This document shows positions 1 to 9,824 of a stretch of DNA of 64,000 bases, in pieces (position 1 is the first letter of the stretch; each line of letters starts with the position of its first letter). Source of the DNA: Minisyncoccota bacterium. GTDB lineage: Bacteria; Patescibacteriota; Minisyncoccia; Moranbacterales; UBA2206. The notes below the pieces were generated by a model that was not told the origin of the DNA, ran no database searches, and worked only from the letters and a program-made list of their open reading frames with translations. Location: the NCBI GenBank assembly GCA_031291955.1, contig JARLIA010000005.1:141224-205223 (forward strand), written 5' to 3'. The translations under genes were made by a program, and so were the position numbers.

Positions 1-100
1 GACTTTCTATTCCACCGACCTGACGGATAATTTTCAGAAGTTAGGGAGCAAATTTTTCGGGGCTAAGATCGAAGTGAAAAAGGCAAGTTTGAAATAATCG

Positions 101-173
101 TGTCCTTGGGAGGAATCGAACCTCCGACCTTCTGGACCGCAACCAGACGCTCTATCCACTGAGCTACAAGGAC
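101..173 (-). tRNA. tRNA-Arg (anticodon GCG)
   Basis: The reverse complement folds as a cloverleaf: GTCCTTG acceptor, GCTCAGTGGATAGAGC D-arm, anticodon loop TTGCGGT, GGTTCGATTCC T-arm. No CCA is encoded. Confidence 0.8.
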
Positions 174-224
174 ATATTTGGTTTTTACTTTAATAACCTT
201 TACGAACTTTAAAACTGATCTCTG

Positions 225-297
225 TGCGCTTGGCAGGAATCGGACCTGCGGCCTTCTGGACCGGAACCAGACGCTCTATCCACTGAGCTACAAGCGC
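225..297 (-). tRNA. tRNA-Arg (anticodon CCG)
   Basis: The reverse complement reads GCGCTTGTAGCTCAGTGGATAGAGCGTCTGGTTCCGGTCCAG...GGTCCGATTCCTGCCAAGCGCA. Anticodon loop is TTCCGGT. It is a paralog of the neighbouring tRNA-Arg. Confidence 0.8.
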
Positions 298-443
298 TTG
301 GGCGCTAACTTATCTTAAAATACTAACCCAGAAATGGCAATATTGCAAGTCTAGCGGATTCTTGGCAGAATGAGAGAGCAGAGGTAAAATAGATAAATGC
401 CTGGTTCTAAAGTAACAATTCAAAAACCGGGCCGTATTTATAT

Positions 444-1004
444 ATGCCAAAATTTATCACCAAAGGCCGCTTGAACGCGCTGGCTTGCCGGATGCAGCAA
501 GGTGACGTCGAAGCCTCTGGTCGAATTTTTGATTATTTCAGTCCGCTCTTTTTCGGCTATTTTGCCAAGCGGGTGCTGAACCGGGAAGTGGCCGAAGATT
601 TGGTCCAGGAAATCTTTTTGCGGATCATTAAAAATATCCGGAGTTTTGATGAGACTAGTGGAGACTTTTCTTCCTGGGTCTGGCGGATCGCCAAGAACCG
701 GTTGATCGATTATTACCGGGAGAAAAAAAGTATTTCGTTTTGCGATTTGGAAATTCTCAAGGAAGCCAAGGAGACATCTGCAGACGGCGATTGTTTGCAT
801 CATAAAATACTGGCAGAAAACGTATGCCGGATAGTGGGCGACTTTCGGCCGGAAGAGCAATCTGTCTTTACGCTCCGTTTCATTTCTGATTTGAGCTATA
901 AAGAAATGGCGGAGTTGACTGGCAGGTCGGAAGAGTCACTTCGTATCTCGGTTTTTCGTTTGAGAAACAAGCTCAAAAAAATATTCCATGATAAAATCAA
1001 TTAA
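444..1004 (+). CDS. ECF-type sigma-70 family RNA polymerase sigma factor
   Basis: Region 2 motifs (EDLVQEIFLRIIKNIRSFD, FSSWVWRIAKNRLIDYYR) and a region 4 HTH (SYKEMAELTGRSEESLRISVFRLRNKLKK). Size is 186 aa. Confidence 0.8.
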   Translation: MPKFITKGRLNALACRMQQGDVEASGRIFDYFSPLFFGYFAKRVLNREVAEDLVQEIFLRIIKNIRSFDETSGDFSSWVWRIAKNRLIDYYREKKSISFCDLEILKEAKETSADGDCLHHKILAENVCRIVGDFRPEEQSVFTLRFISDLSYKEMAELTGRSEESLRISVFRLRNKLKKIFHDKIN

Positions 1005-1782
1005 AAATTATATCCGTTTTCAGCGGCAGACGCGGCGATTGAAGCGTGCTTTGAAATATGAGTTGAAGCCGCGGCCGGAATTTTTTCGCGCGGCCCGGAA
1101 AAATTTTTTGGCGGAGTTTGAAGAAAAAAATTTTTCTTCCGGGAAAAAAGAAAACGAGCGGCCGCGAGCCACGCGAAAATATTCTTGGCGTTTTGCTTTT
1201 TTGGGAACCGTCCTGGCTTTTTTGGCTGGAGGGGGAGTAATGGCCATGGCCTGCCAGTCGGGCGTTAGTCCTGGCCAGCCGCTTTATTCCGTAAAAAGAG
1301 CCGGAGAAAATGTTCAGCTGGCCCTGGCTTCCAAAAGCCAGGAACCATTCGTGCATTATCAGCTGGCCAAAAACCGGCTGGCTGAAATAAAAGATCTAAA
1401 TGATGAGATAAGCTCGGATCGGGTTTTGGATAGTTCGGGAAATTCATCGTCTCAAGGTGTACCGCTCGCCGGTTCCGCGGATAAAAATCAAGCGGAAATT
1501 GGAAAGCTTGATCGAGAATTTGATGCTCAGATCGACGCGGCCCTCAAAAAGATCGATCAGATAGATGACAGAGTGTCAGATCAGTACGCCGACTTGTCTG
1601 GATCGGACCAAAGAAAAGAGAAGGAGCTCTGCCAAAGTATCGCTGTTACCCTCAAAGAACATAGTTTGATTTTGAGCGATTATGACGCTAATTACAAAGA
1701 AGATTTTTCGACTTGGCAGAAATATTGCGGTCGGACAATGGATGTCTCTCTGGACAGTGTTTCTTTGCCGGTCTGTCATTGA
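988..1782 (+). CDS. Membrane protein, putative anti-sigma factor partner
   Basis: Overlaps the sigma gene by 17 nt (translational coupling). Basic N-terminus, a single TM helix (FAFLGTVLAFLAGGGVMAMA), then a long extracytoplasmic coiled region. Confidence 0.4.
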   Translation: MIKSIKNYIRFQRQTRRLKRALKYELKPRPEFFRAARKNFLAEFEEKNFSSGKKENERPRATRKYSWRFAFLGTVLAFLAGGGVMAMACQSGVSPGQPLYSVKRAGENVQLALASKSQEPFVHYQLAKNRLAEIKDLNDEISSDRVLDSSGNSSSQGVPLAGSADKNQAEIGKLDREFDAQIDAALKKIDQIDDRVSDQYADLSGSDQRKEKELCQSIAVTLKEHSLILSDYDANYKEDFSTWQKYCGRTMDVSLDSVSLPVCH

Positions 1783-1886
1783 TTTTGTGATAAACTAGGA
1801 GAGCCGCATATGCCGAAAACGGATTGGAAAATAAAAGCGCGGTTTTAAAACAGGTTCTTAGAAATAAACTCTAAAACAAGCAAGGC

Positions 1887-3068
1887 ATGGAAAAAAAGTC
1901 TTCAGAAGAAGAGCAGCCAGTGGTTGTTCCGGTAAAGCATTTGCCGAAAAAAAAGCGCAAGAAAATCCGCTGGGCGAGACTTATGGGTCTTGTCGGGTTT
2001 TTGGTTTTGGCTGGAGGGATTCTTTTTCTTAAATTCGATTTGGGAGCGGCGGCGATTTTTACGGACAATGTATTGCGTCCGCTGATTGGCGACAGTCGGG
2101 TCATTTATCTGGAAGGACTTTTCTTCAACACTTCCGACCAAATGCAGCGCTTGGCTTCGCCGCTGGAAAAACCTAAAGCGCCCCAGTTTATCGATCCGGG
2201 AAAAACCAATCTGGAAAGCAGTGGTTTGGATTTGAGTCCGATCAAGCTCGCGAACAATTTTTCGCCGCTGGCCGGCGAAGGAACGTGGCGTGATTATCCG
2301 CTCCAATTGTTTCCGGGCAAAGAAGCGATGGCTTATACTTTTGTCCGACCCGACCCGGCGCGGTCATATGCCATGGTGACGATGGTCCAGCTAGACATGA
2401 GTGTGATGCGGCTGGGGAGCGTCGCTGGCACCCAGCAACCGGGCGGACCGGTCAAAAAACCGGGGCCGGGCGTGGTGCCTAAAGACGTTATAGACAGTGG
2501 AAATCTCATTGCCGCTTTTGACGGCGGTTTCCAATACAAAGACGGCGCGTATGGTATGATTGTCGGCAACACCACTTATCTGCCGCTCAAATATGATCTG
2601 GGAACTTTGGTTGGCTATACCGATGGGACGCTCAAAATAGTCAACTATACCGGGCAATCTTTGGGCAGTAACATCGCTTTTGTCCGCCAGAACTGTCCGT
2701 TGTTGATTGATAATGGAACAATTACAGTGACCGATTCAAAAGACCGGAAACTTTGGGGGCGATTGGCGACCGGGACGGTCGGAATTTACACCTGGCGCTC
2801 CGGCATTGGTCTCTCTAAAAACGGCAATCTCATTTTCGCGGTTGGGAATAATCTCACGCCGGACACTCTGGCGATCGCACTCCAAGCTGCCGGAGCGGTG
2901 AACGCCATCCAGTTGGACATTAATCCGATCTGGGTTCGCTTCAATATTTTTGAACCATCCGGTTCCGGCCAATACACTTCAACTACGCTGACCAAAGATC
3001 TGGCCGACGGAGCCAAACAGTATCTTCATGGCTATCAGAAAGATTTCTTTTATGTTTATAAAAAGTAG
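1887..3068 (+). CDS. Phosphodiester glycosidase-like (DUF2233) membrane-anchored protein
   Basis: N-terminal TM helix. The C-terminal domain has the Gly/Asn-rich NLIFAVGNN and DGGFQYKDG segments typical of DUF2233 exopolysaccharide-related proteins. Confidence 0.4.
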   Translation: MEKKSSEEEQPVVVPVKHLPKKKRKKIRWARLMGLVGFLVLAGGILFLKFDLGAAAIFTDNVLRPLIGDSRVIYLEGLFFNTSDQMQRLASPLEKPKAPQFIDPGKTNLESSGLDLSPIKLANNFSPLAGEGTWRDYPLQLFPGKEAMAYTFVRPDPARSYAMVTMVQLDMSVMRLGSVAGTQQPGGPVKKPGPGVVPKDVIDSGNLIAAFDGGFQYKDGAYGMIVGNTTYLPLKYDLGTLVGYTDGTLKIVNYTGQSLGSNIAFVRQNCPLLIDNGTITVTDSKDRKLWGRLATGTVGIYTWRSGIGLSKNGNLIFAVGNNLTPDTLAIALQAAGAVNAIQLDINPIWVRFNIFEPSGSGQYTSTTLTKDLADGAKQYLHGYQKDFFYVYKK

Positions 3069-3100
3069 ACTACGAGATTAAACCTAGTCTGGTCATAATA

Positions 3101-3135
3101 AAAACTACCTTCATGGGTAGTTTTTGTTTCTATGA
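3101..3135. terminator. Bidirectional intrinsic terminator between convergent genes
   Basis: AAAACTACC-TTCATG-GGTAGTTTT stem-loop flanked by A-run and T-run. Confidence 0.6.
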
Positions 3136-3169
3136 TAAATTCAATATTTGCTTAGTTTGTCTATTTCAA

Positions 3170-4579
3170 TCAATAGACACTTAGACCGGTACATGCGGCA
3201 GGAGTTGTTGCATTGCCCAAAGAAACATATTCATCCGCTCCGATGTCCCAAGCGCCGGTTGCAGGGCGGCTATCGCTATCAATATCAGTAGAAAAAGATA
3301 GATTTGTGTCCGCGGATAGATTGATTCCATCGCCAATGGCCGTTGTGTCAGAAGCGTTGAGGTGATAATCGGCATTGGTCGAATCGGCAAAAGTCAAACT
3401 CGAGTTGTTGGTGGAATTGGTTCCTGGCGCGTCAGAAGACAAGTCGGACAGATTGTTTTGAGAATTGCTATCAAATGTTCCGCCATAGCCAGTTGCACAA
3501 TTTTGGGCAATGTCATTTTTAGCCACAAATGTCCCATTGACACTGTTGTAGCATATATCCTCACCAGCCCCGGCCGAGCCGATGGTTGTATTGTTATAGG
3601 CATAAAGAATATTGGCGCTTCCATCAAGTGATATGCCTCCCTGTAAAAAGCCGTAAATAATATTGTTCCAAGCTTGGTATATTCCAGCGTTGGATATCGT
3701 ACTGATGTTGATCCCGAAATTAGACATGCCATTTACTGGATCGGCCTTGAGGATGGAATTGCTTATTTTGACTTTTCCGGAAGTGTTAGTCAGGTCGATC
3801 GCGTCCGTTCCCATCATAGTGGCGCCGGAAAAAATTTGCAGTCCATCGATCCAAACGTTGGCTGAATTTATGTTCATGGGCGGCCCATTGGTATCGTCAT
3901 CAGAATCCAATCTATATTTACTGTCGTCCCAGGCTCCGTTTGGACGCTGGCTAATCCCAACTTCGGAACTTAGATACGGAGTATATATTTTTATGTAATG
4001 CGTGTCGTCCGTCACCCAGTCAATCGCGCTATTGTTGATGGCTACTCCGGTTGTCAAATCTTCCGCGTCACTGTAACAGGCGATATTCCACTGCTCATCC
4101 GCTGTCACCAAATCTTTTCCGCCAGTCCAGGAATCGAAATCACGAACACTTGCGTCAATGGCCGGATTTTCAAGGCCGGATCCAGTGACGGCATCAGCGA
4201 GAGAGGTGTAAGCCCGGTAAACATTTACGGCGGTACCGGATGGAGCAGCTTGAGGCGCGCCGCCGTCCGCCGCTTGAACGGTATATTGAGTCGAAGATGT
4301 TCGGCTGGAAATAAAAGCCAGATAATAGGTCGAGGAGATTTGATATTGCAAAACATCACCGACGCCTACATTATTGGGCATAGCGCCAGAGAAAGTGACA
4401 GTCGTGCCAGAAATAGTCACGGTTCGGCTATTGGCATTAAGATTGGCAGTATTGCCCGCTCCTACTGAACGATAGATAACCGTCGCCGCGTGAGCGGAAG
4501 AAAAAGAAAATAGACTGCAAAACAAGATTAAGCAAAATAGAAAAATTTTCATTTTATTTTCTATTTTCAAGCCTTTCAT
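3170..4579 (-). CDS. Secreted Thr/Ser/Asn-rich beta-helix-like protein
   Basis: Signal peptide MKIFLFCLILFCSLFSFSSAHA starts at Met-10, so the likely true start is 4552. Repetitive G/N/T/S-rich segments resemble a right-handed beta-helix or pectate-lyase fold. No recognisable catalytic motif. Confidence 0.5.
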   Translation of the reverse strand: MKGLKIENKMKIFLFCLILFCSLFSFSSAHAATVIYRSVGAGNTANLNANSRTVTISGTTVTFSGAMPNNVGVGDVLQYQISSTYYLAFISSRTSSTQYTVQAADGGAPQAAPSGTAVNVYRAYTSLADAVTGSGLENPAIDASVRDFDSWTGGKDLVTADEQWNIACYSDAEDLTTGVAINNSAIDWVTDDTHYIKIYTPYLSSEVGISQRPNGAWDDSKYRLDSDDDTNGPPMNINSANVWIDGLQIFSGATMMGTDAIDLTNTSGKVKISNSILKADPVNGMSNFGINISTISNAGIYQAWNNIIYGFLQGGISLDGSANILYAYNNTTIGSAGAGEDICYNSVNGTFVAKNDIAQNCATGYGGTFDSNSQNNLSDLSSDAPGTNSTNNSSLTFADSTNADYHLNASDTTAIGDGINLSADTNLSFSTDIDSDSRPATGAWDIGADEYVSLGNATTPAACTGLSVY

Positions 4580-4653
4580 AAAATATAAATTTATATGATT
4601 TCATTTGTTAACCCTCCATGTAATAATTATGACAGCTCGATAAAAAAATGCAA

Positions 4654-4690
4654 GTGAAAAAAATCCGCCGAAATATTTTGATTTCGGCGG
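4654..4690 (-). terminator. Intrinsic terminator after the sigma-54 activator gene
   Basis: CCGCCGAAAT-ATTTTG-ATTTCGGCGG 10 bp stem, followed by a T-run on the minus strand. Confidence 0.55.
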
Positions 4691-4702
4691 CAATAATGAT
4701 TG

Positions 4703-5980
4703 CTATTTCATCCAGGAGCCGAACCATAACCCATCTGGATGTTTTATTTTTTGTTCTTTGATCAGCTTTTTAAGCTGGCTGATGCCCACCTGAAGCGCGT
4801 TTGCCGTAGCCCGGAGGGACCAGTTATTTTTCTCCAGCATTTCTATTAACGCACTCTTCTCGTCACCTTCCTTCTTTGGTCTAATGTCGTCGCCCACACC
4901 ATTGACCATACAATGCTTCTGCTCAGGCATAGATTTTAGACCCAATACTTCCATAGTCTCTCTTTCCTTATTCTCTGACGAAAGCGCGGTCTTTTCTTTG
5001 GGGCCATTCCTTCTCCAGCTGGAATGCGTAATTCCAAAATAGTTAATTTTGTAGTTAAGCGTTCGCGGCGTGATCCCGAGCGATATCGCCGCCATTTTTT
5101 GCACCCAGGACGAATCTTGAAGAGCCTGAATAATTCTTTCCCGATCCATTTCTTCAAGCGTTTTTTTACTCCGAAGCGCGGTTTTTTCAGTGAAGAAGTC
5201 TAGGTGCTCCAAATCAAGAATTCCGTTTTCCACAAAAGCCAAGGCGCAGGTGACAACGCTTTTCAATTCCCGGACATTTCCTCTCCACGAGCAAGAAAGC
5301 AAGAATTGTTTAGCTTTTTTGGAAATTTTCACTGCTTCAAACTCCAGCTTATGAAGTTCTTGTGCGATGAAATATTCCGCCAGAGCAACTATGTCCTCCA
5401 ACCTTTCGCGAAGCGGAGGAATATGAATTCTGAAAGTGCCGATCCGATAAAAAAAATCATCCCGAAAAGTTCCTTTTTTTATCTTATCTTCCAGATTACA
5501 GTTGGTGGCAGTCACAATCCTGACATCTGTTTCGCGCGCAGTATCGCTGCCCACCGGAAAAACGATTTTTTCTTCCAGAACGCGGAGAAGCTTTACTTGT
5601 ATTTCAGCGGAAATATCTCCGATCTCATCCAGGAAAAGCGTCCCCTTATGAGCTTGGACAAAAAGACCTTTTCTGTCTCTATTGGCTCCGGTGAATGACC
5701 CCCTAACATGGCCAAACAGCTCACTTTCCAAAACAGAACTGGAGAAAGCCGATACATTGGCCGCTACAAAATGTCCACTGAAACGATTGCTTTTCTGGTG
5801 AATCAGGTTAGCGATCAGCTCTTTTCCTACTCCTGATTCGCCGGTAACAAGAACCGGGACATCGGACCTGGCTATTTTAGCAGACAACCTTTCGATTTCT
5901 TTCATTGCCGGGCTTTCGCAGACGGGAAGTCTGGACACCCGACTGGAAATATTCACGATTTTTCTTGCTTTAATCTCCAT
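4703..5980 (-). CDS. Sigma-54-dependent transcriptional activator, no receiver domain, two tandem Fis-type HTH domains
   Basis: AAA+ sigma-54 interaction domain with Walker A GESGVGKE, GSFTGA (GAFTGA variant), Walker B LFLDEIGD. Two C-terminal Fis-like HTHs (ISLGITPRTLNYKINYFGI and ALQVGISQLKKLIKEQKI). Start chosen at ATG 5980, which has a GGAGGGG Shine-Dalgarno (MEIKARK); the six-frame ORF extends further to 6130. Confidence 0.75.
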   Translation of the reverse strand: MEIKARKIVNISSRVSRLPVCESPAMKEIERLSAKIARSDVPVLVTGESGVGKELIANLIHQKSNRFSGHFVAANVSAFSSSVLESELFGHVRGSFTGANRDRKGLFVQAHKGTLFLDEIGDISAEIQVKLLRVLEEKIVFPVGSDTARETDVRIVTATNCNLEDKIKKGTFRDDFFYRIGTFRIHIPPLRERLEDIVALAEYFIAQELHKLEFEAVKISKKAKQFLLSCSWRGNVRELKSVVTCALAFVENGILDLEHLDFFTEKTALRSKKTLEEMDRERIIQALQDSSWVQKMAAISLGITPRTLNYKINYFGITHSSWRRNGPKEKTALSSENKERETMEVLGLKSMPEQKHCMVNGVGDDIRPKKEGDEKSALIEMLEKNNWSLRATANALQVGISQLKKLIKEQKIKHPDGLWFGSWMK

Positions 5981-6129
5981 ATTACCCCTCCATTCGACTC
6001 GCATAAGAAGAAATTTCATGTGACTTTCGCCACAAATTTTTGACCATTTTAATGTGCTGACCAGATTATACGAAAAGTTATTATAAAAAACAAGGCCCCA
6101 TCCGGTTTCGGATGAAGGCCCCTTAAACA

Positions 6130-6906
6130 TCAGTTAGAGTAAAAAATAATTTCCGCGATTTCGGCCGAGGTTGGCAAGTACGAATAGACATAGGAATAGC
6201 CGTAACTGCCAACGACATTGTTTGGCTGGGCCGTTGTTAGGTCGGCCGACAAATCCACTCTTGCAGTGTTCCACGCGCCATAGTTGGCGGTGCCAAGCCC
6301 CATGGTCACATTGGTCCCTGTTCCGCCCAGGCTGGTGCTTTGAAATTTGTAGATCATGTTTCTTGCGCCCAGTGTGGATGTCAAAGAGAACACGAAGTAG
6401 GGAGTGTTAGCGCCGGAAGCCACTTTATATTTAATCAGGACCTTATGGGCGGCTACCGGTATAGGCGAGATGGCAGTATAATCTGCCGCGCTTCCGGTAC
6501 TGCTGCCGAATGAAGCGACATAGTCCGCCAGGACTGAATCGAAAAGCAAATTGGGCGGGTTGCCCTTCATGATTATCCAGTTGTTGTAATTGGAACCGTC
6601 TTCGATGAAGTTAATGATAAGCTCCGAGCTATAACTGCTTTCGCTGGTCCCATCATAAGCCGTGACGGCCGCATAAATAGTTTGCCCTTTGGGAAGAGAG
6701 GGAATAGTACACTGCGTCACATTTCCCACGTCAAGAGAGGAAGTATAGTTGCCCGTTGAAGTCCCGTAATATACTTTATAGCCAGTAACAGTTGGGTCAG
6801 TACTTGCAGTCCAAGCAACAGTAGCGCTTCCTGCCTGGACAGGATTGGAAAAAATCAGCCCTGCTAAAATAATCAGAACGCCAACAACCAATCTTTTTGT
6901 TTTCAT
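6130..6906 (-). CDS. Secreted protein with fibronectin type III domain
   Basis: Signal peptide MKTKRLVVGVLIILAGLIFSNPVQA. FN3-like segment TVAWTASTDPTVTGYKVYYGTSTGNYTSS...AVTAYDGTSESSYSSEL. Good RBS AAAAGGAG. Confidence 0.5.
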   Translation of the reverse strand: MKTKRLVVGVLIILAGLIFSNPVQAGSATVAWTASTDPTVTGYKVYYGTSTGNYTSSLDVGNVTQCTIPSLPKGQTIYAAVTAYDGTSESSYSSELIINFIEDGSNYNNWIIMKGNPPNLLFDSVLADYVASFGSSTGSAADYTAISPIPVAAHKVLIKYKVASGANTPYFVFSLTSTLGARNMIYKFQSTSLGGTGTNVTMGLGTANYGAWNTARVDLSADLTTAQPNNVVGSYGYSYVYSYLPTSAEIAEIIFYSN

Positions 6907-7096
6907 TTTAAACTCCTTTTCGACCTGATATTTTATTTTTGTTTTACCGAGAGATAATACCCTCGGAAATATAATGTACTGCCCTTAGTATACCACCTAA
7001 TGGCTATGTCTGAAATAGTCATAATGATATTTTTCCATATTCGGGTTTAGTGCTATAATTCACAATAAACCGATTAATCAAATTGAGTTAAAATTT

Positions 7097-9073
7097 ATGC
7101 CTAATCTAGTTGATTCTATCATCATCTTTATCGCTCAGGACCTCATTTGGCTGGTTGTTTTGGCGGCCATCTGGTTTTTTGGGAAATTGCCTTCGAGTGA
7201 AAGAAAACGGGCGATTATTCTCGCAATTATCGCTTTGCCACTCGCTTACATTGCCGGTAAAATTTTGTCCTTGGTCTATTACGATCCGCGTCCATTTGTG
7301 GCCGATCATTTTGCGCCGCTTTTCTCTTATGTAGCCGATAATGGCTTTCCCTCTGATCACGTGCTGCTTTTGGCGGCGATTGCGGCTGTGATTTATTATT
7401 TCAACCAAAAAAAAGGGACACTCTTTTTTTTGGCGGCGGCAGCTGTGGGCACGGCTCGGGTGTTGGCCGGTGTCCACCACCTGGTGGATATTTTAGGCAG
7501 TTTGGTTATTGCTGGCGCGGCAACTTATTTGGTGCAAAAAATGATCTTTCCGCGTTACGCGGAAAAAATTGACAATTTTAAATTTTGTCGGCCGAAAATG
7601 ACCAAAAAGCGCTGGATTATTTTTGGCGCAATTGTTGTTGTGATTGGGGGATTGACCGGAATAACTTTTGCGGAAATAGGAAATGGCCATCTGCCTTGGA
7701 ATAAAATTTACGCGCCTGTTACTGCCAGCGTTTCCAGTAGTCCGGACAACGCTCAGGGCATCCACAAGATCAAACACATCATCGTTATCATGCAGGAGAA
7801 CCGTTCCTTTGACCAATACTTTGGCACTTTCCCGGGGGCTACTGGTATCCCGATGAAAGACGGCGTTCCGACGGTGTGCGTGCCCGACCCAAACACTAAA
7901 ACATGCGTAAAACCTTTTCATGATACCAACTTGGTGGACGCGGGCGGACCACATCAAGCTTCGGATGCGGTGGGGGATATTAATAGCGGCAAGATGGACG
8001 GTTTCATTGCCCAGGAAGAAAAAGCGCTTGTCCAGTCGTGCAAAAATAAAAAAAGCACCGATCCGAATTGCGCTCTTAATAAGAGCGTGCCGGACCTGAT
8101 GGGCTATCACACCAATGCCGAGATTCCCAACTATTGGGCCTACGCCAAAAATTTCGTGCTGAATGATCACATGTTCTCTTCGGCCGCCTCCTGGAGCCTG
8201 GTAGCTCACCTTTATATGGTTTCGGCCTGGTCGGCCAAATGCCAATCTGATGACCCGATGAGCTGTCAAAACCAGTTGGAATATCCGGCCAAGCCCAAAA
8301 CCAATCCGGACTACGCCTGGACCGACATTACGTATTTACTTCACAAATACAACGTCAGCTGGGGGTATTATCTCGGCCAAGGTTATCAGCCGGACTGTGA
8401 TGACGACGAGATGACTTGCGCTCCTTTGCCGCAAAACGTCAAAATTTCCAGCTACTGGAATCCGCTGGTCGATTTTGAAACGGTGAAACAGGATAATCAG
8501 TTGGGGAATATTAAAGATGTTAAGAATTTTTATACCGAAGCTAAGAACGGCACCTTGCCTAGTATTTCTTGGATCGTGCCCAATCAGACCGACAGCGAAC
8601 ACGCGCCGGCCAACATTGCTGATGGACAGGCCTATGTCACCAGTCTCATCAATGCCGTTATGCAAAGTCCGAATTGGAACGACTCGGCTATTTTTCTGGC
8701 TTGGGACGATTGGGGTGGTTTTTATGACCATGTCCAGCCGCCAGTGGTGGATGAGAATGGTTATGGACTGCGCGTTCCGACCATCGTCATCAGTCCGTAC
8801 GCTAAAGCTGGTTACATTGACCACCAAACCCTAAGCTTTGACGCCTACCTGAAATTCATGGAAGATGATTTCATGGGTGGCGCGCGGCTTGATCCGACCA
8901 CTGACGGCCGACCGGATCCGCGGCCGACCGTCCGGGAGAATGTGCCAATTCTTGGCGACTTGACCAAAGATTTTGATTTTTCCCAAACACCCCGGCCGCC
9001 GTTCATTTTGCCAGTCCATCCAACCGCCAATTCCTTTGTCCGATTCTGGGACTGGCTAATCAGCCGATTTTAA
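7097..9073 (+). CDS. Fusion protein: N-terminal PAP2 membrane phosphatase + C-terminal phosphoesterase (phospholipase C / acid phosphatase) domain
   Basis: PAP2 motifs [25 protein letters not shown] (SRx5Hx3D). After a TM segment comes the [28 protein letters not shown] hallmark of the PF04185 phosphoesterase family. Confidence 0.65.
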   Translation: MPNLVDSIIIFIAQDLIWLVVLAAIWFFGKLPSSERKRAIILAIIALPLAYIAGKILSLVYYDPRPFVADHFAPLFSYVADNGFPSDHVLLLAAIAAVIYYFNQKKGTLFFLAAAAVGTARVLAGVHHLVDILGSLVIAGAATYLVQKMIFPRYAEKIDNFKFCRPKMTKKRWIIFGAIVVVIGGLTGITFAEIGNGHLPWNKIYAPVTASVSSSPDNAQGIHKIKHIIVIMQENRSFDQYFGTFPGATGIPMKDGVPTVCVPDPNTKTCVKPFHDTNLVDAGGPHQASDAVGDINSGKMDGFIAQEEKALVQSCKNKKSTDPNCALNKSVPDLMGYHTNAEIPNYWAYAKNFVLNDHMFSSAASWSLVAHLYMVSAWSAKCQSDDPMSCQNQLEYPAKPKTNPDYAWTDITYLLHKYNVSWGYYLGQGYQPDCDDDEMTCAPLPQNVKISSYWNPLVDFETVKQDNQLGNIKDVKNFYTEAKNGTLPSISWIVPNQTDSEHAPANIADGQAYVTSLINAVMQSPNWNDSAIFLAWDDWGGFYDHVQPPVVDENGYGLRVPTIVISPYAKAGYIDHQTLSFDAYLKFMEDDFMGGARLDPTTDGRPDPRPTVRENVPILGDLTKDFDFSQTPRPPFILPVHPTANSFVRFWDWLISRF

Positions 9074-9168
9074 ACATATTAGCATGTCAGCATGTTAACA
9101 TATTAACAAAATGACGCTGGTATGCTAAAATGTTAATATGATTTATAATAATTAATCAATCCAAAATT

Positions 9169-9711
9169 ATGTCAGAAGGAAAAATCGCCGGCTTTGAGAA
9201 AAAAACCGTTCTCATTGTCGTCATAATTGTCGTCGTGGTGCTCGGCGGTTATTATTTTGCCACACACAACAAGAAAAAGAAGAGCGCGAGCAGCAAAGCC
9301 AATGCCTCGGCCCAGTACGTCACTGGAACACTGACGGCCCAAGATGCTAACAGTCTGACCATTAAGATGGCTGATGGCAGTTCTCAAACAGTTGTAGTCA
9401 ACGCCACCACCCGGATGAGCAAAAAAAACAAAGGAGTGCAAGCGTCCAGCCTGCCAATCGGCGATCAGGTGAAAATCAAAGTCAGTGGGACAGGCGGTAA
9501 TCTTTCTGCTATGGTAGTGGAAGACACCAGCATTTCAACTTCAACCAAGACCAAGTCGACAACTGCCGCGCCGGCTACTATCCCCGCCGCAGGTACTGTC
9601 CCGACAACTGGTACGTCCACTACTCCGACCACGGGAACAACCGCTCCAGCTGCTTCTACTGCCAACACAACTGCTCCGGCGGCTACTGCAACTCCGACCC
9701 CGGTCAACTAG
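9169..9711 (+). CDS. Membrane-anchored protein with Thr/Pro/Ala-rich C-terminal tail
   Basis: N-terminal TM (LIVVIIVVVVLGGYYF), small globular region, then a low-complexity T/P/A tail. Similar architecture to the ORF at 22258..22641. Confidence 0.4.
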   Translation: MSEGKIAGFEKKTVLIVVIIVVVVLGGYYFATHNKKKKSASSKANASAQYVTGTLTAQDANSLTIKMADGSSQTVVVNATTRMSKKNKGVQASSLPIGDQVKIKVSGTGGNLSAMVVEDTSISTSTKTKSTTAAPATIPAAGTVPTTGTSTTPTTGTTAPAASTANTTAPAATATPTPVN

Positions 9712-9824
9712 TGCTAACAGATCATGCCCATTAATTTAAACCGGCACCCCAAGGGCGCCGGTTTTGTTTGACAGAAAATCTGTTTTATTTATATGATATA
9801 ATGAATATGCTGGAATATTGATCA

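Noticed and set aside
4580-7096. Searched by eye for a sigma-54 -24/-12 promoter (TGGCAC-N5-TTGC) near the bEBP-flanking genes
   Set aside because: No convincing match found. Not claimed as a feature.
7493-8269. 258-aa ORF on the minus strand
   Set aside because: Lies entirely antisense within the PAP2-phosphoesterase gene. Low-complexity Arg/Gly-rich translation with no motifs. Treated as a shadow ORF.
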